DNA from: Chthoniobacteraceae bacterium
GTDB taxonomy: Bacteria; Verrucomicrobiota; Verrucomicrobiia; Chthoniobacterales; Chthoniobacteraceae
DNA length: 43,649 nucleotides
NCBI GenBank assembly: GCA_031409655.1
Contig: JANNXQ010000197.1
Span: 1 to 43,649 of the forward strand
Direction: 5' to 3'
The translations under genes and the position numbers were made by a program. The notes beneath the pieces were generated by a model. It saw only the letters and a list, made by a program, of their open reading frames with translations, was not told the DNA's origin and made no database searches. Shown in pieces: positions 1-7,402 of this stretch. Numbering within the stretch: position 1 is the stretch's first letter; every line of letters begins with the position of its first letter.

Positions 1-220
1 CGGCTCAACGCCATTGCGGAGCGCTGGACCACCGAGCAACGCTGGACCCTCCTGCTCACCCACATCTTCCGCCGTTGGCTGGGCGGAAAATGGCTCGCCG
101 AACTCCCAGCCCAAGCCGCCCTCTTCCTCTCGGGCTGAAACCCCGCCTCCGCCCCCAAAAAATATCCCCCGAAAATCCGCCGGCCGACCTGCGGCCCAGC
201 CTTCCATTCACGTTTTTAGG
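1..220 (+). mobile_element. Right end of a probable IS1380-family insertion sequence (transposase C-terminus 1..138, C-rich tail, terminal ...CACGTTTTTAGG)
   Basis: Frame +1 reads RLNAIAERWTTEQRWTLLLTHIFRRWLGGKWLAELPAQAALFLSG* (stop 136-138), resembling from memory the C-termini of verrucomicrobial IS1380-type transposases. The element appears to end in TTTAGG at 220, consistent with CC...GG-type IS1380 termini. The left end lies outside the window. Confidence 0.65.
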
Positions 221-1846
221 CTAATTGGCTGCGCGCAGGCCGCTCTGGAGGACGATGAAAAAGCGGAGACCTGGGCGCAGATGCACCGCGCTTGGGTGGC
301 GATCATGGCCTATCAGAAGGATCACGGGCAGGTGCCAGATTATTTGTCAGACTTGATTCCCGGCTACTTGCCGGACGCTGCTGCTCTCATTTCCCCGACG
401 GAAAAACGCACCGGACGCCACGGCGACTTCAATCATACGGACCCCAAGTTTCGCACTTCGTTCTGCTACGAATTCAGCGCAGAGAAGTATCGGAGCAAGA
501 CGGCGACATTACGGGAGGCGAAGGAAGCGCAGATGATGGAATTCGGCGCGGCGGTGCCGATCCTGCGCTGCTTTCTCTACGACCGCGTGCTCAATGTGGC
601 CTACTCGGGCGATGCGTATGAATCGCCGGTGACCTGGGAGAATTCGTCGGGCGCAAAAGCGCTCATGGCGCGGATTGGCGAGGGGCCGGGATTTATGAAC
701 AACGAATTCACGGCGATGACGGTGGTGGATGCGGAAAGTGGTTCGGCGATTGCCGATGCGGAGGTGCGGATTTCGGGCCGTTGGTACCGGAATCTTTGGT
801 ATCCGGATCGCACTTTGCGCACGGCAGCGGATGGCGCGGTGCGCATCCCGCTGGGTCCGGCGCAACCACCGTCGCGGAAGGTCACCGTGTTCGTGTCGAA
901 GGCGGGCTACTTTGCACCAGCCGAGACCTGGGAAGAAGGCATGCTGCCCCAGGAATCAATGTTCGGCATGGAGCGCGGGAACAAAATTGGCGGGACCGTG
1001 AACTTGAGCGACGGCTCGCTCTTGGAAGGTGCGCGAGTCGAGGTCTCGTTCCTGAGCCCGGCGGCCGATGGGAAGATGAATAGAACGGTGCTCACGACGG
1101 AGGTCTGCGGGGCAGACGGTCACTGGAGTTGTGATCGCATTCCGAAAAAGCACTCGGGCTTTTGGTTGCGCGTCAGTCATCCCGGAGCGTGGACGACGTG
1201 GTTCCAATCCGTCGAACGGGCCGCGCCCGGAAAAGTGTTGCTGTCGGACTTGGACGCGGGCGCGGTGGAACTCCGCGTCCTACCTGCCGCCGTCCTGCGT
1301 GGCAGGGTGACGAATGGGGACGGGCACCCGGAGGCGGATGCGGAGATCGAAGTCGCGCTGAAAGCTCAGGCTTCAGGGAGTGGTGCCACCGCACCATTCC
1401 CGGCGACACCCGCATCCCCTCCGGTGAAGACGGACGCGGATGGCCGGTACTCGCTCCCGTGGCGTGAAGCCGGCGATCTGACGCTGCTCGTATTCCCTCC
1501 TGCGGGAGCGCCCGCTCGACGGGAGATCAAGGCCGCGCCGGAAATCCCGGCGCAAGACATTCGGCTCACGCGGGGGCGGACGATCCGGGGCCGGATCCTC
1601 GACGACGAGGGCCAACCCGTGGACGGTGTGGAAGTGAGTCTCTGCGCCCTTGGCGGACTGCTTTTACCGAATCAGAAGATCATGACGAAATCGGATAGGA
1701 ATGGCGATTTTGAATGGCCCACTGCTCCCACCGAAAACTTCGCAATGGGTTTTTCCCGCGGCGGATTCCTGGATCGATCCGTGACGATCGGTGCAGACGA
1801 TCCGGAACCGCACAATCTGCGCATGTTTCGCCGGACGCCGCGGTGA
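221..1846 (+). CDS. Exported protein with carboxypeptidase-regulatory-like beta-sandwich repeats; 5' end probably lost to IS insertion (first remaining Met at 281)
   Basis: Repeated GRV/GTV...G.P..GA.V and TDADGRY/SDRNGDF motifs. Protein-like sequence begins immediately after the IS end with a signal-peptide-like tail LIGCAQAA. The ORF-track extension 14..220 lies inside the IS. Confidence 0.65.
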   Translation, partial: LIGCAQAALEDDEKAETWAQMHRAWVAIMAYQKDHGQVPDYLSDLIPGYLPDAAALISPTEKRTGRHGDFNHTDPKFRTSFCYEFSAEKYRSKTATLREAKEAQMMEFGAAVPILRCFLYDRVLNVAYSGDAYESPVTWENSSGAKALMARIGEGPGFMNNEFTAMTVVDAESGSAIADAEVRISGRWYRNLWYPDRTLRTAADGAVRIPLGPAQPPSRKVTVFVSKAGYFAPAETWEEGMLPQESMFGMERGNKIGGTVNLSDGSLLEGARVEVSFLSPAADGKMNRTVLTTEVCGADGHWSCDRIPKKHSGFWLRVSHPGAWTTWFQSVERAAPGKVLLSDLDAGAVELRVLPAAVLRGRVTNGDGHPEADAEIEVALKAQASGSGATAPFPATPASPPVKTDADGRYSLPWREAGDLTLLVFPPAGAPARREIKAAPEIPAQDIRLTRGRTIRGRILDDEGQPVDGVEVSLCALGGLLLPNQKIMTKSDRNGDFEWPTAPTENFAMGFSRGGFLDRSVTIGADDPEPHNLRMFRRTPR

Positions 1847-1913
1847 GCGAGTGTCCGCAGCGCGGGCCTTCAGGCTTGGAGCACGGCACTTCCTTTTGCA
1901 ACCTCCCCGCCCA

Positions 1914-2915
1914 ATGCCAGACGTCATCACCTTCGGCGAAATCATGCTCCGCCTGACCACGCCGGGACAGCAGCGCTTTGCGCAAGCTCCGCACTTTGAA
2001 ATCACCCCGGGCGGCGCGGAGGCGAATGTGGCGGTGCTCATCGCGCAGCTCGGCGGGAGTTCGGAATTCGTGACGCGGCTGCCCGAACACGCGCTGGGGC
2101 AGCGCGCGATCGATGAACTGCGGCGGCGCGGCGTCGGGACGAGTCACATTCGGCGCGGCGGTGAGCGCATCGGGCTCTACTTCCTCGAACAGGGCGCGAG
2201 CCAGCGGCCGGGCCGGGTGATCTATGATCGCGCAGACAGCGCCTTCACGGAGGCGCAGATCGGCGACTTTGACTGGGCGACGATCTTCGCGGGAGCGCGC
2301 TGGTTTCACTGGTCGGGGATCACGCCCGGCGTCTCGGATTCCGCCGCCGCGCTCACGGCCGAGGCGTGCCAGGCGGCGAAAGCTGCCGGGCTTCAGGTGA
2401 GCTTCGATCTGAACTATCGGGCGAAGCTCTGGACCCGAGAAAGTGCCGGCGCGGTGCTCACGCCGCTCATGGAGCACGTCGATGTGGGCATCACGAGCGC
2501 CGAGGAAGCCCGGACGGTCTTCGGCCTCGCTGTGCCGGAGTCCGGTCCCGATCGCGAGCGGATCGCCGCCGAGGCGCTGCGGGAGCGGTTTGGCTTTGCG
2601 CAGGTCGCGCTGACGCTGCGGCAAGGGGACAGTGCGGGGGCCACGAACTGGGGCGCGATGTTGCTCGCGGAAGGGCGCGCCTATTTCTCCCCTCGGCACG
2701 AGATCGAAATCGTCGATCGGGTCGGAGCCGGTGACGCTTTCGCTGGCGCGCTCATCTTCGCGCTCATGCGCCAGGATCCGCCGCAGCGGGCGCTCGATTT
2801 CGCCGTCGCTGCGAGCACCCTCAAACACAGCATTCCGGGGGATTTTCCGCTCCTCGCGCTCGACGAAGTGGAAGCCCTCGCAGCCGGCTCCGGGGGCAGT
2901 CGCGTGGAGCGCTGA
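1914..2915 (+). CDS. kdgK: PfkB-family sugar kinase, 2-dehydro-3-deoxygluconokinase-like
   Basis: MPDVITFGEIMLRL start; GGAEANVA, FHWSGITP, SFDLNYRAKLW and DRVGAGDAFAG PfkB signatures. Confidence 0.85.
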   Translation: MPDVITFGEIMLRLTTPGQQRFAQAPHFEITPGGAEANVAVLIAQLGGSSEFVTRLPEHALGQRAIDELRRRGVGTSHIRRGGERIGLYFLEQGASQRPGRVIYDRADSAFTEAQIGDFDWATIFAGARWFHWSGITPGVSDSAAALTAEACQAAKAAGLQVSFDLNYRAKLWTRESAGAVLTPLMEHVDVGITSAEEARTVFGLAVPESGPDRERIAAEALRERFGFAQVALTLRQGDSAGATNWGAMLLAEGRAYFSPRHEIEIVDRVGAGDAFAGALIFALMRQDPPQRALDFAVAASTLKHSIPGDFPLLALDEVEALAAGSGGSRVER

Positions 2916-2990
2916 TCGACTCAGGCGAGCATTCGCGCGCGGGTCAAAATTCGATTTGGATTCAGAGGATTCCCGGCACACTCCGCCGTC

Positions 2991-4121
2991 ATGAAAAAGA
3001 AGCCGCGTCCTCGATCCGCCCGCTCATCCGCGGCGCGGCCTGATCGTGCGCGGAAAATGGAGTGGCTGCTGGTGATCGTGGATCAGGCCCCCATCCGGAA
3101 AAAGGCGACCGCCGAGTGTGCCGCGGTGCTGGCGAAGCTCGAAGCGGCCCGCGCGGAGTGGCGGCACTTTGATCACGAGGACAAGCCCGCATTCCAACGC
3201 TGGATTGCAGTCCACTTTGGCCCTCAGCTCACGCTCCTCCGCGACGGCCAGATCGCGCTCCGCGAAAGGGAGTCGATCATCGAAGATGTCGAACGCGCCT
3301 GCGCCTCCGCCGGCGGCAGTCGGCGCGCCGCTTACGCCAGGATCATGCGCCGCCGCAGATCTCCAGAGCCGCAGCACGCGGCGGAAGAGGAACCGATGCC
3401 GGAGGAGGATGAGGTGGAGGAGGCCGCGAGCGATCCCGAACCGGAGGAGGAAATCCCGCGCGATGAGCAGCGGCAGATGTTTGAGGAATTCCTGCGCGCA
3501 TTTATGCAACTCGATCCTGCGGATTTATCCCCCGCCGAATATGAGCGGATGTTCGCCGAGTTTCAGGCCGAAGTCTCCAAAGCTGCGGACGCGCATTCGG
3601 GTCCGCGCCCCCCGGAATCCAGCGGGCCAGGAACGGCGCCTAGCCCGGAGCGGACTCGCCTGAAGGACGTTTACCGGATGCTCGTTCGGCGGCTGCATCC
3701 CGACCTACATCCCTCCGCGGATGCGGCGGTCGCCACCATCTGGCACGAAGTCCAGGAAGCGTACGGGAAGGGCCATCTCGAACGCCTCGAAATGCTCCTC
3801 GCGCTCACCGATATCCAGTCCGAGAACATCGGCGAGCAGACCAGCCTCTTCCAAATCCGCGAAGTGCTGGCGGAGCTTCGGCGCGGCTTGAAGTCGATGG
3901 AAAAGAGTCTGCGCACGGCGCGCAAGGATCCCGCTTGGGGATTTGCGCGTACCACCGATCGGAGCGCGCTCCAGGGGAAGATGGCGCGGAAATTTAGGAC
4001 CGACCTCGCGAAGCAATATCGCCGACTCCAGGGATGCTACGCGCTGATCGCCCGCTGGGCCCGCAAGCAACGATCGGCGCGCCGCGCGGATCCCGCCTTG
4101 CAGGTGGAGTTCAGCTTTTAG
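2991..4121 (+). CDS. J-domain (DnaJ-like) coiled-coil protein of unknown function
   Basis: Internal RLKDVYRMLVRRLHPD...IWHEVQEAY J-domain motif; acidic linker; helical flanks. Confidence 0.7.
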   Translation: MKKKPRPRSARSSAARPDRARKMEWLLVIVDQAPIRKKATAECAAVLAKLEAARAEWRHFDHEDKPAFQRWIAVHFGPQLTLLRDGQIALRERESIIEDVERACASAGGSRRAAYARIMRRRRSPEPQHAAEEEPMPEEDEVEEAASDPEPEEEIPRDEQRQMFEEFLRAFMQLDPADLSPAEYERMFAEFQAEVSKAADAHSGPRPPESSGPGTAPSPERTRLKDVYRMLVRRLHPDLHPSADAAVATIWHEVQEAYGKGHLERLEMLLALTDIQSENIGEQTSLFQIREVLAELRRGLKSMEKSLRTARKDPAWGFARTTDRSALQGKMARKFRTDLAKQYRRLQGCYALIARWARKQRSARRADPALQVEFSF

Positions 4122-4414
4122 CGCTCCTCGTGGCGCGCGGTGTTGCTGCTCCGGCACGCACTGCGCAGCGCACGGTAGCGCGAGACGCTCTCTGTCGGCT
4201 TGGACCGCGCGCATCTCCGCACGCTTTTTCGGTTGGCCTTTGCGGCTCCGCTCCCAGCATCCACCCGCCAGCCTTCCGCGCCGGTCGTCTCTGCATCCGA
4301 TGCCAAAACTCGCTCCCGTCTGATCGCGGCACTCATCCCGCAGGCGTAGAGAGCGTGCTGGCAAATCACCAGACTGTCGCGGCAGGCGGCAGAGCTCTGT
4401 TGGAAGGGAGACAT
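4118..4414 (-). CDS. Small hypothetical protein (98 aa) downstream of a sigma54-type promoter
   Basis: ATG at 4414, about 40 nt below an exact -24/-12 motif; mostly G/C third codon positions; stop overlaps the stop of the convergent J-domain gene. Confidence 0.5.
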   Translation of the reverse strand: MSPFQQSSAACRDSLVICQHALYACGMSAAIRRERVLASDAETTGAEGWRVDAGSGAAKANRKSVRRCARSKPTESVSRYRALRSACRSSNTARHEER

Positions 4415-4454
4415 GGGAGAAAGTCAGCGACGAAAGTGAGACAAAGATGAGTTT

Positions 4455-4470
4455 AGCAATGGATATGCCA
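4455..4470 (-). promoter_or_regulatory. Sigma54 (RpoN) -24/-12 promoter
   Basis: Minus strand reads TGGCAT-ATCCA-TTGCT, matching TGGCAC-N5-TTGCW with correct GG-N10-GC spacing, in an AT-richer intergenic region. Confidence 0.65.
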
Positions 4471-4688
4471 TCGCCCGATTTGTGCTCTTACGGTCTGCAC
4501 ACAATCCCCTGACCCCGCCGCATTTTCCCGAAAAATCAACAAGACAGCCGATGCAAACAGGTTTAACACATCCGACGAAAGCAGATCCGCCTGCTGCCCC
4601 GGCTCGCTGCGCCATCCTCGAGATGAAATTCGCAGAAGTCGGGCTCTCTCCAAAGGCGTGATCAGCCCCCTTCCCGATTCCTAGCAGT

Positions 4689-5678
4689 ATGTCCCCCTCT
4701 CCATTGCGTACCTTCATGGCCGCCTTTGCCAGCGTCGCTCTCGGCGCGCTCGCACCGGGCGGAAACGCCCAGGCAAGCCTCGCCTTCGTCACTTATGCAA
4801 ATGAAGGGACGATCGCCACGATCGACGTGCTCACCGGCACCGAGATGGGGCTGGTGGCGGCTGGCCTCAGCGGACCGTTTGGCTTGGTCTTCGATGGGAA
4901 ACGCAATCTCTACGTCTCGAACGGCTTCAAAAACTCGATCAGCAAGATCGACCCCACCGGACGGGTTTCAACCTTCGCCACCGGACTGAACGCGCCGCGC
5001 GGCGTGGCGATCGACGCGATGGGGGATGTTTACGTCGCAAATTTCGGCGCAGATTCGATCAGCAAAATTTCCTCGACCGGCTTGGTGCGGTCCTTTGCCA
5101 CCGGTTTGAAAGGCCCCTTCGGATTGGCTTTTGATGGTTCCGGAAATCTCTACGCGGCAAACTTCATCGGATCGACCGTCAGCAAGATCACGCCGCAAGG
5201 CCGCGTGAGCGTCTTTGCGACTGGCTTAAGTGGACCGCGTGGCATCGCCTTCGATCAATACGGGAATCTCTACGCGGCGAACGCCACGAACTCTACGATC
5301 GGCAAGATCAGTCCGAACGGCACCGTTTCGACCTTCGCTACCGGTCTCGATGTTCCCGAGGGCTTATCGTTCGACGAGAAGGGCGACCTGTTTGTGACCA
5401 ACGCGGGCAATGACTCGATCACAAAGATCACGCCGAATGGCGACGTGAAGCCAGTCCCCGTCACCGGCGGCACTAAGAAGCGGCCCTACTCCGTGGCGAT
5501 GTGGCCACGATCCGCCCCTCCAGCCATCACCGCGATTCAACCGGCGAAAAAAATTCCGATCATCCCCGGGATTTCGATCGCGATCGGCGCTCTGCTGCTT
5601 TTTGTGGGCGTCCGCAAATTGCTCAAGCCTCGGTCGCGCCGCCGGCGGCGGCGTTCTCGTCAGGAAGCGGGCACCTGA
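4689..5678 (+). CDS. Secreted NHL-repeat beta-propeller protein with C-terminal membrane anchor and Arg-rich tail
   Basis: Signal peptide ending AQA; about five ~40-aa repeats of the form ATGL.GP.G(L/I)AFD..GNLY..N....ISKI; C-terminal GISIAIGALLLFVGV followed by RKLLKPRSRRRRRR. Confidence 0.8.
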   Translation: MSPSPLRTFMAAFASVALGALAPGGNAQASLAFVTYANEGTIATIDVLTGTEMGLVAAGLSGPFGLVFDGKRNLYVSNGFKNSISKIDPTGRVSTFATGLNAPRGVAIDAMGDVYVANFGADSISKISSTGLVRSFATGLKGPFGLAFDGSGNLYAANFIGSTVSKITPQGRVSVFATGLSGPRGIAFDQYGNLYAANATNSTIGKISPNGTVSTFATGLDVPEGLSFDEKGDLFVTNAGNDSITKITPNGDVKPVPVTGGTKKRPYSVAMWPRSAPPAITAIQPAKKIPIIPGISIAIGALLLFVGVRKLLKPRSRRRRRRSRQEAGT

Positions 5679-5694
5679 TCGGCAGCCCGCCGAC

Positions 5695-7065
5695 TCAGCG
5701 TTTCTCGAGGGCTTGCCGGATGCGGCGGACCAGCGCGTCGTGCTCGACGTAGCCGCCGATCATCGTGCCATTGAAAAAGAGGGTCGGCGCCCCTTCGATG
5801 CCCAGACTCACGGCATCGTCGAAACTGGCCTGCACTTTTTTCCGCACCTCGTCAGAGCTGCGACACCTCGCAAATTTCTCCACATCCAGTCCGAGACCCG
5901 TCGCGAGCACCGCGAGTCGTTCATCACTCAGATCGCCCCCGTCGGTGAAGAGCCGGTCGTGATACTCCCAAAAAGCCCCCTGCTCCGCTGCACACTCCGC
6001 AGCCACCGCCGCGGGCCAGGCCCGCGGCTTTGACTCCAACGGAAAGGGTCGCCACGCCACGAGCACGTCCTGCGGAAACTCCTCGCGGATCTTCTGCAAT
6101 ACGGGCGCCAGCCGCGCGCAGTATTCGCATTGGAAATCGGAGAAAACGACGAGCTGCACTTTCGCGTCCGCAGGCCCGGTGACGTGGGCTTTTGAAAGAT
6201 CGAACTGCAGATTCCGCAGCGGCGGTTTCGGCAGCAGAAATTCGATCTGATGATGCACCGCGATCTCCGCCAGCAGTTCATCCGTCACGGGCTTTGCGGC
6301 CAGCAGGCGCTCCACCGTGACCCCGCGGCGCCGCGCTTCACTGTCCAGCAGCGCGGCATTCACCTGGCTCTTCACCCACGCAAATTCCAATTCGTAAATT
6401 GAGCGCCGATGCGACTGCAAACCGCCCGCGAGTGCTGCCTCCATCTGCGACCGCATGAACTTCCGTCCGTCCACCACCGCGACCACTTCGTCCCGCGAAA
6501 GGACGGACGGCAGGGCGAGCCCGAGCGTCGCCAGGAGCGTGCAACAAAAGAGCGCCCACGCCGTGGCTGGGGCGCCCGCGCCGACCGCGGAAGCGAGTCT
6601 GCGTTCCGCTCGCAGCCCCGTGATCACGAGCAGCACCACGACCACCGCCGACGCCGTGCAGAGCGCACAGAAGGCGTGCAGGATCCCAAATTGCACCCAC
6701 ATCAGCGCCCCGGAGAATGCCAGGCCCGCGACGGCGAGCCAGACGACCAAGCTGGCGAGTCGATTCCGCAAAACATCGGAGCGGCAGCCAAGTGCGAACA
6801 GGAGAAATCCGAGGATCGACAAAAAATAGGCCGCTCCCACCCACGGCAAAGGCACGCCCAGCAAACTCGCGTAACGGCTCGAAAGCACCGCCTCGCAGCC
6901 CGCTCGTGACGGGCAAAAGAGGAGCCGGATCTCCGAGTGGTCCTGCAGCAGAACGGACGAGATAATCGCCCCGAACCACGCCAAAACAATGCAGGGTAGT
7001 AAGTCTCCGGCGGCGGACGTTTTTGGCGGTGGTTTTGGTTCTTGTGGGGCGTCGGCCATCAGCAT
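5695..7065 (-). CDS. Vitamin K epoxide reductase (VKOR) - DsbA/thioredoxin fusion, disulfide-bond formation protein
   Basis: VKOR loop C(PSRAG)CEAVLSSRYA plus active-site FCALC within transmembrane helices; C-terminal FSDFQCEYC and GIEGAPTLFFNG thioredoxin fold. Start ATG at 7065 or 7059. Confidence 0.85.
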   Translation of the reverse strand: MLMADAPQEPKPPPKTSAAGDLLPCIVLAWFGAIISSVLLQDHSEIRLLFCPSRAGCEAVLSSRYASLLGVPLPWVGAAYFLSILGFLLFALGCRSDVLRNRLASLVVWLAVAGLAFSGALMWVQFGILHAFCALCTASAVVVVLLVITGLRAERRLASAVGAGAPATAWALFCCTLLATLGLALPSVLSRDEVVAVVDGRKFMRSQMEAALAGGLQSHRRSIYELEFAWVKSQVNAALLDSEARRRGVTVERLLAAKPVTDELLAEIAVHHQIEFLLPKPPLRNLQFDLSKAHVTGPADAKVQLVVFSDFQCEYCARLAPVLQKIREEFPQDVLVAWRPFPLESKPRAWPAAVAAECAAEQGAFWEYHDRLFTDGGDLSDERLAVLATGLGLDVEKFARCRSSDEVRKKVQASFDDAVSLGIEGAPTLFFNGTMIGGYVEHDALVRRIRQALEKR

Positions 7066-7169
7066 CGCGCCCGCAAGTTCGAGCTGTCGGGCGGCGCGAG
7101 AATCCACGCAGATTCGCTCAAGAGTGTCGCGTCAAAACGCCGTGACGAAAAACACCCCTCGTCGCTCCG

Positions 7170-7188
7170 GCCCTTCGAATCGAAGGGC
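7170..7188 (-). terminator. Perfect inverted repeat immediately 3' of tRNA-Leu
   Basis: GCCCTTCGA-A-TCGAAGGGC; no adjacent U-tract, so terminator function is uncertain. Confidence 0.35.
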
Positions 7189-7189
7189 G

Positions 7190-7273
7190 TGCCGGCGGAG
7201 GGGATCGAACCCACACTCCCTTGCGGGAACCGGATTTTGAGTCCGGCGCGTCTGCCAATTCCGCCACACCGGC
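7190..7273 (-). tRNA. tRNA-Leu(CAA)
   Basis: Reverse complement GCCGGTGTGGCGGAATTGGCAGACGCGCCGGACT-CAA-AATCCGGTTCCCGCAAGGGAGTGTGGGTTCGATCCCCTCCGCCGGCA; cloverleaf with long variable arm; CCA not encoded. Confidence 0.95.
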
Positions 7274-7402
7274 TACTCTCTTGGAGCGGAGAAAAATGCT
7301 TCGCACTCTGGTGCGGCGGGAACGCCGGCACCGGCACGAGAAATTTCGGTGCGCACTTTAGGAGCGCGGGCCAATCACGCAATCGCAAAGTGCCGGGCTG
7401 CA

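Noticed and set aside
1884..1900. Sigma54-like CGGCAC...TTGCA upstream of kdgK
   Set aside because: GG-to-GC spacing is 11 nt rather than the obligatory 10.
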